Positions 51,201 to 61,301 of a stretch of DNA of 64,000 bases are shown piece by piece. Position numbers and translations under genes: made by a program. The DNA comes from Gammaproteobacteria bacterium (lineage in GTDB: Bacteria; Pseudomonadota; Gammaproteobacteria; SZUA-229). Below the pieces are notes generated by a model. That model was not told where the DNA came from, did not search any database, and saw nothing but the letters and a program-made list of their open reading frames with translations. Each line of letters begins with the position of its first letter. Positions within the stretch are counted from its first letter, which is position 1. The stretch is taken from assembly GCA_016744065.1 (NCBI GenBank), contig JADGFA010000004.1, positions 64,559 through 128,558 of the forward strand. Reading direction: 5' to 3'.

Positions 51201-52001
51201 TTAATCAAACCAGATCATACTTGCCTGACGCCCTGTTTTACCATCACGGCGATAAGAATAAAAGCGATTCATATCTGTGTAAGTGCAATACTCGCCACCA
51301 TATATCGCTTTAATACCCATATTTTGTAAACGTAATTTTGCCAGCTGATAAATATCCGCTAAATAATGCCCTGGTCTACTCGGTATAAAAGCTTCAATTG
51401 ATTTAGGTTGTTTATCTACAAAAATATCACGCACTTCTTCACCCACTTCAAAAACCTGTGGCCCAATGGCAGGCCCTAGCCAGACCAGTAACTGACCATA
51501 TCGCTCATCAAGAGCGGTTACAGTCGTTTCGATAATATCATCTGCAAGCCCACGCCAACCTGCATGTGCAGCAGCCACTTTAGTCCCTTTACGATTACAG
51601 ATTAAAATGGGCAAACAGTCAGCCGTCATCACGGCACAAACCCTGTTTGCAGTTTCGCTGAATGAGGCATCGGCTTTTGCGGATAGAGCCAGCGAAGATA
51701 CACCTGTAAATTCTGATGTACTGGATTTTATATATTGCGCATTAACTACTCGATTACCATGCACCTGATCAAGCCAGACAGGTTCTTCAGGCAGTGCTAG
51801 CTGCTGATTTAATAAATGGCGATTTGCCAGAACCCGTTGCTCATCATCTTCCACATGCAGAGCCAGATTCAAACCCGCATAAACACCCGTACTTAAACCT
51901 TCATTACGAGTAGTGCAAAAAGCATGAATATTATCTGCAGCCGGCCAGTCAGGTTTTATAACATCGATAGTTATATCAGTGGAATCTGTTTCAATACTCA
52001 T
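51201..52001 (-). CDS. pgeF: Peptidoglycan editing factor PgeF (YfiH, polyphenol oxidase/laccase-like purine nucleoside phosphorylase family)
   Basis: IKPDWPAADNIHAFCTTRNEGLS aligns with E. coli YfiH (IVPQWPQPKGVAACSSTRIGGVS). Start chosen at the ATG (52001) that overlaps the rluD stop by 11 nt. Upstream in-frame ATGs exist up to 52040. Confidence 0.75.
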   Translation of the reverse strand: MSIETDSTDITIDVIKPDWPAADNIHAFCTTRNEGLSTGVYAGLNLALHVEDDEQRVLANRHLLNQQLALPEEPVWLDQVHGNRVVNAQYIKSSTSEFTGVSSLALSAKADASFSETANRVCAVMTADCLPILICNRKGTKVAAAHAGWRGLADDIIETTVTALDERYGQLLVWLGPAIGPQVFEVGEEVRDIFVDKQPKSIEAFIPSRPGHYLADIYQLAKLRLQNMGIKAIYGGEYCTYTDMNRFYSYRRDGKTGRQASMIWFD

Positions 52002-53016
52002 CCGTAAACTCATCTGAAAAATCATCCAGATAGTAATCATCTTTTTTATGATCCTGGGCGATATCTTGCTCCAGCACCGCTATAAGTTGCTTCATGTCTT
52101 CTGGTACAGGCGCACTCCATTCCATGCTCTTACCCGTTATCGGATGAATAAGCCCAAGCTTTCGTGCATGTAACGCCTGCCGATTAAAACCACGTAACAT
52201 TTCTTTTAATTCATCACCACAGCCCGCTGGAAGCTGCAAACGCCCGCCATAAGTTGAATCACCTACTAATGGGTGTTTTGCATGGGCCATATGCACGCGT
52301 ATTTGATGAGTTCGTCCAGTTTCCAGATTTACCTTAATGCGTGTATGCCCCCGATAACGATCCAGCACACGGAAATGGGTAATTGCCTGTTTACCTTCTG
52401 CTTTTACCGTCATTTTTTTACGGTCTCGGCCACTACGACCAATGCCAATGTCAATCGTCCCACCCGACGTTAACACACCAAACACAATGGCCAGATACTC
52501 TCTGTGCACCGTACGAGCCTGCAACTGTTCGACTAATAGCTTATGAGCTTTAAGTGTTTTAGCCACCACCAGTAAACCGGAAGTATCTTTATCGAGCCGA
52601 TGCACTATGCCTGAACGGGGTACCTCATGTAGTTTTTCATCATGAAATAGCAAGCCATTTTGCAATGTCCCATCTGAGTTACCCGCCCCAGGATGAACGA
52701 CCAGCCCCACGGGTTTATTAACTACCAGAATATCCTCATCTTCGTAGATAATATCCAGAGGTATATCCTGGGCAATCACCTCCTCATCACACATCTCGTG
52801 CTCAATATGCACCTCAAGTAACTCGCCCCCAATAACCTTGTCTCTGGCCCTTGGGGTAACTCCGTCCAGCCAGACTCGCTCAGCTTTAATCCATGTTTGC
52901 AGGCGGCTACGTGAATAATCAGGGAACATTTTCACCAAAACCGCATCTAACCTGTGAGATGCGTATTCCAGCGGAATGGTGATTTTTACAATTTCATGGT
53001 TAATACCATCGGACAT
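51991..53016 (-). CDS. rluD: 23S rRNA pseudouridine(1911/1915/1917) synthase RluD
   Basis: S4 domain followed by RluA-family catalytic block HRLDKDTSGLLVVAKT. Gene order rluD-pgeF with clpB downstream (def and a GcvR-like ACT gene intervening here) and bamD divergently upstream. Confidence 0.9.
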   Translation of the reverse strand: MSDGINHEIVKITIPLEYASHRLDAVLVKMFPDYSRSRLQTWIKAERVWLDGVTPRARDKVIGGELLEVHIEHEMCDEEVIAQDIPLDIIYEDEDILVVNKPVGLVVHPGAGNSDGTLQNGLLFHDEKLHEVPRSGIVHRLDKDTSGLLVVAKTLKAHKLLVEQLQARTVHREYLAIVFGVLTSGGTIDIGIGRSGRDRKKMTVKAEGKQAITHFRVLDRYRGHTRIKVNLETGRTHQIRVHMAHAKHPLVGDSTYGGRLQLPAGCGDELKEMLRGFNRQALHARKLGLIHPITGKSMEWSAPVPEDMKQLIAVLEQDIAQDHKKDDYYLDDFSDEFTDEY

Positions 53017-53177
53017 AAATGACTTCTCTTGTATAATGCCTGTTTATATTTAACTAAGGTTGCTCTAACTAAGCCATAATTATGAACTTAATCAGAGATT
53101 TACTGGATCAATTTTAACCGGATCAACATTATTTAACACTGCTTTTAACTTATAGCGCCAATGCGATACCCATCATT

Positions 53178-53963
53178 ATGACACGATTACTTTCCACCCT
53201 TATTTTATCTTTGTTTCTTATGGCCTGCAGTGATGATGGCATTAAAAGCGACCCTTACGCCGACTGGAACGCTCTGGACTTTTACGATGAAGCCACCATG
53301 GCACTGGATGCGGGTGAATTTGAAGAGGCTATTAAAAACCTTGAGAATCTGGAAGCCCGCTTTCCTTTCAGCCCTTATGCAAGACAGGCCCAGCTTGATG
53401 TTGCCTACGCCTATTATAAATTTGAAGAACCAGAATCAGCCATTGCAGCAGCCGATCGCTTTATTCGTATCAATCCCAGAGACAATAATGTTGACTACGC
53501 ATGGTATTTAAAGGGCCTGGCAGACTATAACAGGGGGAGTGGACTTTTTGACAGTTACTTCCCACGAGATCTGTCACAACACGATAACAAGTCCATGGGT
53601 GATGCTTTACAGAGCTTCTCAACATTAGTAGAACGCTACCCTGACAGCCGCTATGCCAACGATGCATACAGGCATATGCTCTTCTTACGCAATAAACTGG
53701 CAGATGCGGAAATACACGCTGCCAGATACTACATAAAACGTAAAGCCTGGCTGGCAGCCGCCAAACGCGGACAATATGTGTTAGAAACCTACCCCACTAC
53801 ACCCGCCAGCCGGGATGCACTTGTCATTATGGTGGATTCTTATAAAAAGCTTGGTTTGAACGATTTATCTACCGATGCACAGTCTGTACTGGATGCAAAC
53901 CCACCTGTAAATGAACAACTGGTTTCTAACAGTAATACAGAACTCGAAGCACCTGAAAATTAA
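53178..53963 (+). CDS. bamD: Outer membrane protein assembly factor BamD (YfiO/ComL) lipoprotein
   Basis: Lipobox LFLMACSDD. TPR-like repeats (...AQLDVAYAYYKFEE...). Divergent from rluD as in E. coli and Pseudomonas. Confidence 0.85.
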   Translation: MTRLLSTLILSLFLMACSDDGIKSDPYADWNALDFYDEATMALDAGEFEEAIKNLENLEARFPFSPYARQAQLDVAYAYYKFEEPESAIAAADRFIRINPRDNNVDYAWYLKGLADYNRGSGLFDSYFPRDLSQHDNKSMGDALQSFSTLVERYPDSRYANDAYRHMLFLRNKLADAEIHAARYYIKRKAWLAAAKRGQYVLETYPTTPASRDALVIMVDSYKKLGLNDLSTDAQSVLDANPPVNEQLVSNSNTELEAPEN

Positions 53964-54004
53964 ATTTAAAAAATGAGTTTAACTGTAGGCCATAATCATC
54001 AGCC

Positions 54005-55627
54005 CTAATCCCGACGATAACCCGATGTAATGGGGTATCGTCGATCTCTACCAAACGCTCGCTGGGTTATACGCACACCTGGTGGGGCCTGACGTCGTTT
54101 ATATTCATTTATTTGCACCAGCCCAAGTACCTTATCCACGATTTGTTCATCATAACCCGCATCAATAATCTGCCGCCTTGGCATATCTTCTTCAACACTC
54201 ATTCTTAAAATAGCATCGAGTATCGTGTAATCAGGCAAACTATCCTGATCCGCCTGATCAGCCCTTAATTCAGCAGATGGTGGCCTGTCGAGTACACGTT
54301 GAGGTATAACCTGTTCAAGCGAATTTCGATAATCGCACAGGGCATAAACCAGTAATTTTTCTACATCTTTAAGCGGGGCAAAGCCACCAGCCATATCACC
54401 ATATAATGTACAGTAACCCACCGCCATTTCACTTTTATTACCCGTAGTTAGCACCATACGACGTAGCTTATTAGATAAGGCCATTAAAATAACACCACGG
54501 CAACGGGCCTGTATATTTTCTTCCGTAGAATCAACCTCTGTATTGATAAACTCATCTTTCAGTGTCTCCAGGAAAACCTGAAAAGTAGGCTCAATCGAAA
54601 TTTCCTTATAATCAACCCCCATAATATCAGCCTGCGCAGAAGCATCATCCAGACTCATTTGTGCCGTATAACGAGATGGCATCATCACCGCATGCACCTG
54701 ATCAGCACCTAATGCATCAACCGCAATAGATAACGTCAAAGCAGAATCAACACCACCGGATAAACCAATGACCACACCCTTAAAACCATTACCCGTTACA
54801 TAATCACGAACGGCAGTCACCAGTGCTTTATATATACCTGATAATTCACTTTCTGGTGAGTGAAAAGGCGTATTCACAGGCGTAACCTGTTTATCTGTAT
54901 CTATTCTGTAATGCAGTAAAGCCGTATCAAAATCTGGCCCACGACCCACTAACTCAGACGCGGCATTCATAACAAGTGACGCACCATCAAATACCAGCTC
55001 ATCCTGACCGCCGACTAAATTTAAATAAAACAGGGGTAAAGGGGTTTGTTTTTGACGATTACGCAGCATATCCAGGCGTTGCTGGTATTTATTTCGATGA
55101 TAAGGTGATGCATTTAATATAACAATAGCTTGCGCACCTGCGTTTACAGCCTGTTGAACGGGTCGATCAAACCAGGCATCCTCACATATCACAATACCTA
55201 TTTTCTGCTGTTTACATTCAATTACCAGTGGTTTATTACCGGCCTGAAAGTAACGTTTCTCATCAAACACAGCATAATTTGGCAGGCTATATTTATGATA
55301 TTCTCCTGTCACTTCTCCCTCAGCACACACGATAGCCGCATTAAATAACTCATGCTGATGTAATCGCGGCGCACCAAAAATCACCATCAGGCCCACCGTA
55401 TTTTCAGCAATTTCTTCAATAGCGGCGTCTATCTGACCAATAAACCCCTGCCGCATCAACAGATCTTCTGGTGGATAACCACTCAATGCAAGCTCAGGAA
55501 AAACAGCAATATCAGCCCCTGCCTGCCTTGCCTGCAACGATAATGATATAATTTTTTGGGTATTCGATTTAATATCACCTACCAGGAATCGCTCCTGAAC
55601 CAGGCATAACTGTACGGCTTCATTCAT
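54005..55627 (-). CDS. nadE: Glutamine-dependent NAD(+) synthetase
   Basis: 540 aa. N-terminal nitrilase-type CN-hydrolase domain (...VFPELALSGYPPEDLL...) plus C-terminal NAD synthetase PP-loop GLSGGVDSAL. Confidence 0.9.
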   Translation of the reverse strand: MNEAVQLCLVQERFLVGDIKSNTQKIISLSLQARQAGADIAVFPELALSGYPPEDLLMRQGFIGQIDAAIEEIAENTVGLMVIFGAPRLHQHELFNAAIVCAEGEVTGEYHKYSLPNYAVFDEKRYFQAGNKPLVIECKQQKIGIVICEDAWFDRPVQQAVNAGAQAIVILNASPYHRNKYQQRLDMLRNRQKQTPLPLFYLNLVGGQDELVFDGASLVMNAASELVGRGPDFDTALLHYRIDTDKQVTPVNTPFHSPESELSGIYKALVTAVRDYVTGNGFKGVVIGLSGGVDSALTLSIAVDALGADQVHAVMMPSRYTAQMSLDDASAQADIMGVDYKEISIEPTFQVFLETLKDEFINTEVDSTEENIQARCRGVILMALSNKLRRMVLTTGNKSEMAVGYCTLYGDMAGGFAPLKDVEKLLVYALCDYRNSLEQVIPQRVLDRPPSAELRADQADQDSLPDYTILDAILRMSVEEDMPRRQIIDAGYDEQIVDKVLGLVQINEYKRRQAPPGVRITQRAFGRDRRYPITSGYRRD

Positions 55628-55693
55628 AGTCTGTGTTAGTTTAGAATAGTTTCAATTATTTAATTTTATCAGAATAAAAGGCTGTTTCCGCAT

Positions 55694-55924
55694 ATGTTTA
55701 AAAGTGTTTTAATTATTATTTTCGTTATTATCCTGCTTTTTGTTATACGCACGGTACTACAACGACTAAAACAGCCCTCCCCCAGAATAAAACCACTTGA
55801 TCACCAGAATATGGTGCAGTGCCAACACTGTAAAGTCTACATCCCGCGTGATGATGCTATTATTGAAAATAATAATTTTTTCTGCAGTACCCAACACTTA
55901 AATGACTGGAATCAAACTACTTGA
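55694..55924 (+). CDS. PP0621-family small protein (conserved partner upstream of pilS)
   Basis: 76 aa. N-terminal TM helix then CQHCKVYIPRDDA...FFCSTQH Cys/His pattern. Stop overlaps the pilS start by 4 nt. Confidence 0.6.
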   Translation: MFKSVLIIIFVIILLFVIRTVLQRLKQPSPRIKPLDHQNMVQCQHCKVYIPRDDAIIENNNFFCSTQHLNDWNQTT

Positions 55925-57555
55925 GTAACAACACTCACACTTCCGTTTACTCAGTACTCGCTAATCAGGACGATCCGGCTATCTGGCGGGCTTTAAACCA
56001 GCTCAATTTATATCGTTTAATATTAGCGACGGGCTTATTAGCCGCATTTAATAATGAATGGGTAGCTTTTCTTGGCAGTCAAAATCCAGATGCCTTTGTG
56101 ACTACTGTCTTTATTATGCTAACGGGCAGTCTGTTTTATATTATCGCAGGTCTGAAAGGCAGGCCTCGCTTTGAAACACAAATAATTATCACCAACGCCA
56201 GCGACATATTATTAATTACTCTATTAACCCATTTTAGCGGAGGTTTAAACAGTTCTTTAAGCATTTTATTAATAATCAATGTAACCGCCACTGGTACATT
56301 TTTACGTGATCGTGACTCTTTTCTGTTTGCCGCTCTAGCATCCATCGCTGTACTCAGCGAACAGACCTACAATATGATACAGAGTACAAATGACACAATA
56401 GGGTACTCCCGTGCCGGATTACTGGGTCTGGTATTTTTTGGCACCAGCTTTCTTGCTTCCATATTATCCAAACGCGCCCGTGAATCAGAGCAACTGGCTA
56501 TTGAGCGCGAAGCCGATATTATTAGTCTGGAAATATTAAATGACGATATTATACAAAATATGCGTACCGGAATTATCGTAGTTGATAATGACGGGCATAT
56601 CCGTATGGCAAACAGTTCCGCAGAAACACTACTAGGCAACACCTCACTACAAAATAACCCCTTACTCGAAAATATCATTCCACCTTTGGACGCTCTCTTT
56701 CTTGAATGGCAGAAGCAACCTAATCTGCACCTCAAAGAAATTCGTCAGGAACACGGGTTACCTGATATACAACCAGGCTTTCGACGACTAGATCGCACTA
56801 ATGACACCCTCATTTTCTTAGAAGATGCAACACAATTAAACCAGCGATTTCAGCAAATCAAACTTGCTTCACTAGGTCGACTCACCGCCAGTATTGCTCA
56901 TGAAATACGCAACCCTTTAAGTGCGATTAACCATGCAGCACAATTGTTACAGGAATCTTCACTGGATGATGCCGATAATAAGCTCACTCATATTATTACT
57001 ACACAGGTAAAACGTCTGGATAAGGTGATACAGAATGTACTACAACTTTCCCGAGAACAGAAAGGCACGCCAGAAACAATTGATTTACACTCATGGCTAG
57101 ACAGTTTTTGTGCTGAATTTATAAATAGTAACAACCTTACATCAAAACAGCTAAAGATGGAGTACCAGGAAAAGGAAGTGATGATTTTATTTGAACCCAG
57201 CCACCTTAATCAAATTATGAACAATTTATGTTCTAATGCCATTACACACAACCAGCACCCCCATGAACAGGTAAAAATAAACATTATCTGTGGTCACGAC
57301 TCACAGTTTGATCAACCCTTTCTTGATGTAATAGACAATGGTTCAGGCATTCCCAAAAAAAATATACAGCAAATTTTTGACCCTTTTTTTACCACCAGTT
57401 CAAAAGGCACGGGTCTAGGCCTGTATATTTCTAAGGAGATAATTGAATCTAACCGAGCGAAAATACGTTACATAACGGCTACTCATGGCGGGAGTTGTTT
57501 CAGAATTAATTTTTTATCCTCACTTACAATCCAACTGGATAAACCATACAAATAA
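55921..57555 (+). CDS. pilS: Sensor histidine kinase PilS
   Basis: Six N-terminal TM helices, PAS-like linker, H-box SIAHEIRNPLSAI. HATPase_c G-boxes (DNGSGI; GTGLGL). Confidence 0.8.
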   Translation: MSNNTHTSVYSVLANQDDPAIWRALNQLNLYRLILATGLLAAFNNEWVAFLGSQNPDAFVTTVFIMLTGSLFYIIAGLKGRPRFETQIIITNASDILLITLLTHFSGGLNSSLSILLIINVTATGTFLRDRDSFLFAALASIAVLSEQTYNMIQSTNDTIGYSRAGLLGLVFFGTSFLASILSKRARESEQLAIEREADIISLEILNDDIIQNMRTGIIVVDNDGHIRMANSSAETLLGNTSLQNNPLLENIIPPLDALFLEWQKQPNLHLKEIRQEHGLPDIQPGFRRLDRTNDTLIFLEDATQLNQRFQQIKLASLGRLTASIAHEIRNPLSAINHAAQLLQESSLDDADNKLTHIITTQVKRLDKVIQNVLQLSREQKGTPETIDLHSWLDSFCAEFINSNNLTSKQLKMEYQEKEVMILFEPSHLNQIMNNLCSNAITHNQHPHEQVKINIICGHDSQFDQPFLDVIDNGSGIPKKNIQQIFDPFFTTSSKGTGLGLYISKEIIESNRAKIRYITATHGGSCFRINFLSSLTIQLDKPYK

Positions 57556-57592
57556 CTTAAGTTCCCAGCATACCTAACCAGATAACATTAGC

Positions 57593-58339
57593 TTAAAGCA
57601 ACCTGTTAACTAAACCGACAATTTCATCGGTATCTTTATTAATAGCAAGAATAGAAGTAGCCCTGCCACTTCGTACCCTGTAGAAAGCATAATCTTTAAA
57701 TTGCCCTCTGTTATTTTCTAAAAAATCATTCACCGCCTTCCCCCCTCCCTGCACTTTTGTAATCTCGCCCATTTTCAGGGAAAAACGATATATTTTCTCC
57801 CAGTAATCACTAACAGGTAAATATCGGTTCGACCTATATATAATATCAGGTGATCCATTCTGCGCAATGTCCATCACTATTCTCTGATACTCTTCTGCAT
57901 TTTCAGGCGGTTTTAAATATGCAATTTGTAGAGATTCATAAAACAATGGTTCCAGCTCTTTATATTTTAACTTTGAAACATCAATTTCATTCTTTGAAAA
58001 CACAAAAAAAGCACTATTTGAAAAAACCAGCAAAGCCGGTCTTGCTGAATAAGTAATATGTACACCCCAGGCAAGTGCAACAACCTGAACAAAAACGATA
58101 ATAGATAAGTCCCGCTTTAACGCTACTGGATTCTTTAATTTATTAAATACCACAAACGTTAATAACGGCCCCAGAATAACATCAACCCCTGCAACTATTT
58201 TAATCACATCCCAGGTAGAATAAAATTCATTAAATGGATAGGGGTACCATATATAAAATACAGCCAATAAAAACAGTGTAATAAAAAATACACTAATGCT
58301 AAAATGAACCCCAAAAGCTTTAACTCTTGCTATCATCAA
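57593..58339 (-). CDS. TfpX/TfpZ-like type IV pilin accessory membrane protein (tentative)
   Basis: 248 aa. N-terminus MMIARVKAFGVHFSISVFFITLFLLAVF with about three N-terminal TM helices and a soluble C-terminal domain, resembling the FimB/TfpX/TfpZ family pattern. Encoded on the opposite strand between pilS and pilR. Confidence 0.4.
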   Translation of the reverse strand: MMIARVKAFGVHFSISVFFITLFLLAVFYIWYPYPFNEFYSTWDVIKIVAGVDVILGPLLTFVVFNKLKNPVALKRDLSIIVFVQVVALAWGVHITYSARPALLVFSNSAFFVFSKNEIDVSKLKYKELEPLFYESLQIAYLKPPENAEEYQRIVMDIAQNGSPDIIYRSNRYLPVSDYWEKIYRFSLKMGEITKVQGGGKAVNDFLENNRGQFKDYAFYRVRSGRATSILAINKDTDEIVGLVNRLL

Positions 58340-58422
58340 TCTCCCCCTTAATACCTACTTATAAACCAATAGCGTATAGTCTGTTATACTCAGCATAATT
58401 TTCAAAACTATCATTAATTAAC

Positions 58423-59784
58423 ATGATTGAAAACACACACATAAGCAAAGTTCTTATTGTAGATGATGAGCCTGATTTATGCGAACTGGCCGAAATCACA
58501 TTAAGCCGCATGGGTCTTAATACCTGTTCGGTTAATGATATTACCACCGCTCTTTCATTACTTAAATCAGAATCATTTGATCTTTGCATTACCGATATGA
58601 ATTTACCCGATGGAAATGGAATTGATTTAGTAAAGCACATTCAGGTACATTATCCCAATATTCCTGTTGCTGTAATTACCGCTTATGGCAGCATGGAACT
58701 GGCAATAAAAGCACTCAAAGCCGGCGCATTTGATTTCGTTTCCAAACCAGTCGATTTACATATTTTACGAAATCTAGTGACTTCTGCTATTAACCTGCCC
58801 AAAACAAATGACGAATCTCAACAAAATAATAACAACCAGACCAATATGCTGGGTGATTCTCAACTCATGCAGGATTTACGTAAAAAAATACATAAACTTG
58901 CCCGCAGCCAGGCACCGGTTTTTATTCATGGTGAATCGGGCTGCGGAAAAGAACTTGCTGCACACCTCATCCATAATCAGGGGGCACGTAAAGACCAGGC
59001 ATTTATACCTGTAAACTGCGGAGCAATTCCCCTGGAATTAATGGAAAGTGAATTTTTTGGCCATAAAAAAGGCAGCTTCACCGGTGCAACAGCCGATAAA
59101 ATAGGCCTTTTTAAAGCAGCCGATGGTGGCACCCTGTTCCTGGATGAAATCGCTGACCTGCCCTTACAGATGCAGGTAAAACTACTGCGTGCTATTCAGG
59201 AAAAAAGCATACGCCCCGTTGGCAGCCAACACGAAGAATTAGTTGATATCCGCATATTAAGTGCCAGCCATAAAAATCTGGTCGATCTTGTTAAACAGGG
59301 TAAGTTTCGAGAAGATCTATTTTATCGAATTAATGTTATCGAACTACAAATACCCACTTTAAGACAAAGACCAGAAGATATACCGACACTTGCAAGCTTT
59401 CTACTGCGATGCCTTTGCAAAAAAACAAATGCCCCAACCCCTGAATTTAGCCATGATGCAATGAGTGCATTAAATGAGCATACTTTTCCTGGCAATGTCC
59501 GTGAACTGGAAAATATCCTGGAAAGAGCCCTCGCATTATCCGAAAATAACAAAATTGAACTTAGCGATTTACAACTACCCAGCACACCATCACAGGTAAT
59601 TACGGATAAACCTGTGGAATCACCTGTTATTGAAAAAACGGCAAACACATTACAGCAGCAGGAAAAAGAATCCATTATGCTGGCACTGGAACAGACACGC
59701 TGGAATAAAACGGCTGCGGCTAAATTATTAGGCCTTACGCTGCGTCAATTACGCTATAGACTTAACAAACTCAATATTGAATAA
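58423..59784 (+). CDS. pilR: Sigma-54-dependent response regulator PilR
   Basis: Receiver (VLIVDDEPDL...D), AAA+ sigma-54 activator domain (GESGCGKE; GAFTGA-like GSFTGA) and C-terminal Fis-type HTH. Confidence 0.9.
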   Translation: MIENTHISKVLIVDDEPDLCELAEITLSRMGLNTCSVNDITTALSLLKSESFDLCITDMNLPDGNGIDLVKHIQVHYPNIPVAVITAYGSMELAIKALKAGAFDFVSKPVDLHILRNLVTSAINLPKTNDESQQNNNNQTNMLGDSQLMQDLRKKIHKLARSQAPVFIHGESGCGKELAAHLIHNQGARKDQAFIPVNCGAIPLELMESEFFGHKKGSFTGATADKIGLFKAADGGTLFLDEIADLPLQMQVKLLRAIQEKSIRPVGSQHEELVDIRILSASHKNLVDLVKQGKFREDLFYRINVIELQIPTLRQRPEDIPTLASFLLRCLCKKTNAPTPEFSHDAMSALNEHTFPGNVRELENILERALALSENNKIELSDLQLPSTPSQVITDKPVESPVIEKTANTLQQQEKESIMLALEQTRWNKTAAAKLLGLTLRQLRYRLNKLNIE

Positions 59785-59978
59785 GCTTTAGCCGGTATCT
59801 TCTGGCTATCTGACAGCTACAACAAACAATATAACAAGCCAAAAATGTTATCAACTAACACTTTTGTCACTTTCTGACATAAAAATACGTGTTTTGTCAC
59901 ATTGCTCAATATAGAATACATACCAAAAAATAAATACAACTCATTGTTTTTAATCAAAATATTCTTAATTTAAAAAAC

Positions 59979-59994
59979 TGGCATGACCTCTGCT
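59979..59994 (+). promoter_or_regulatory. Sigma-54 (-24/-12) promoter of the major pilin gene
   Basis: TGGCATGACCTCTGCT against consensus TGGCACG-N4-TTGCW with correct GG/GC spacing, about 100 nt upstream of pilA. Upstream TGTCAC repeats at 59865-59870 and 59895-59900 fit PilR-type enhancer sites. Confidence 0.65.
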
Positions 59995-60092
59995 TTAGTT
60001 ATTCACAACTTCTAACGAAGAAGCTTTTAAAAATTGGCCGATGACACAACCGGCTAATTTCACAAACAAACTATCACTACTGGAGATACAAC

Positions 60093-60545
60093 ATGAAGAA
60101 AATCCAACAGGGTTTTACCTTAATTGAATTAATGATCGTTATTGCGATTATCGGTATTCTGGCGGCAATTGCGATTCCCTCATACAATAACTATATTAAA
60201 ACAGCTAACATGACCCAGGTAACTGGTAATGCGGCTGAAGCAATACGTATTATCAAAAATGAAATATCTAAAAATAAAGCACAAAGCGCTTTAAATATTG
60301 CAAGTACCGACAGAGATACGTTAAGCGGTGGTATAGAAGCAACAGCTGCATCAGGAGCTGAATGGTTCGCACACCTGAATACCACTACTGGCTCTAAAGC
60401 GCCTACTGGTGTCGCTGCATATGCTGCTGCTGCCGATGATACTACTGGTGTTGTAGGTGTTGCTCTAGCTAGTGATGTATTCACAATTGCTACTCCTGCC
60501 TATGAAGACCTGCCTTCTGGTGTAAGCACTGCATTTGACAAGTAA
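60093..60545 (+). CDS. pilA: Type IVa major pilin (Cys-free)
   Basis: Prepilin leader [31 protein letters not shown] with cleavage/methylation site G|FTLIE. Ala/Thr/Gly-rich C-terminal domain lacking any cysteine. Confidence 0.85.
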   Translation: MKKIQQGFTLIELMIVIAIIGILAAIAIPSYNNYIKTANMTQVTGNAAEAIRIIKNEISKNKAQSALNIASTDRDTLSGGIEATAASGAEWFAHLNTTTGSKAPTGVAAYAAAADDTTGVVGVALASDVFTIATPAYEDLPSGVSTAFDK

Positions 60546-60580
60546 TCACTGGTAACTTGTTAAAAACCAGTTTTAAATAA

Positions 60581-60611
60581 AAAACCAGGGGGTACTCTCC
60601 CTGGTTTTTTT
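60581..60611 (+). terminator. Strong rho-independent terminator after pilA
   Basis: AAACCAGGG-GGTACTCT-CCCTGGTTT 9-bp stem followed by TTTTTTT. Confidence 0.75.
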
Positions 60612-60705
60612 TGCTTTATCATGTATTTACGACCATTTAACCGGCATAACTTAATTTTTGGCCTTAATATAGCTAAACTATATAAATTAATCTGGAGATG
60701 TATTA

Positions 60706-61128
60706 ATGAAAAGCACGAGCAAGCAAAACGGATTCACATTAGTTGAACTGATGATAGTTGTTGGCATCTTAGGCATCCTTTCAGCAATTGCTATCCCTAC
60801 CTACAACAACTATATCGTTACATCATGCCTAACTACTGCACGGATCAATTTAGAAACCCTGTCCACCTTTGAAGAAAACTACAACCTTGAAACGAATAGC
60901 TACCTGGCGGGCACTCACAATGCAGGAGATGACCTGGGCAGCAGCGCTTTAATGGGGAAACTACACTGGGATCCAGATGATCAGGGGCAGTATAGCTATA
61001 CCGTTGCTGTTAACTCTGCATATGACGGCAAGACATATGACTATGTTATTACTGTTGCAAGCGCCGAAGCATGCGCAGCCGCAGACGCAAAATATGGCCC
61101 TACTCAAAAAGGTTTTCATCAGCAATAG
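60706..61128 (+). CDS. Second type IV pilin
   Basis: Leader [36 protein letters not shown]. Two Cys residues (C42, C124). May have its own sigma-54-like element TGGCCTTAATATAGCT at 60669-60684. Confidence 0.8.
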   Translation: MKSTSKQNGFTLVELMIVVGILGILSAIAIPTYNNYIVTSCLTTARINLETLSTFEENYNLETNSYLAGTHNAGDDLGSSALMGKLHWDPDDQGQYSYTVAVNSAYDGKTYDYVITVASAEACAAADAKYGPTQKGFHQQ

Positions 61129-61301
61129 CATTACCATGAACATCACTCCTGTAAATTTAGTGTAAAAGCGATACACCCAACCTGAATTTATCGACTAAAT
61201 AATAAGACTGAATAAATAATTAATTTCAGCTATGATATGTTGGTGTGAGTATATAAACAATTGTTTCATATCATAATTAAATAAAGCTGAGTCATTAACT
61301 T

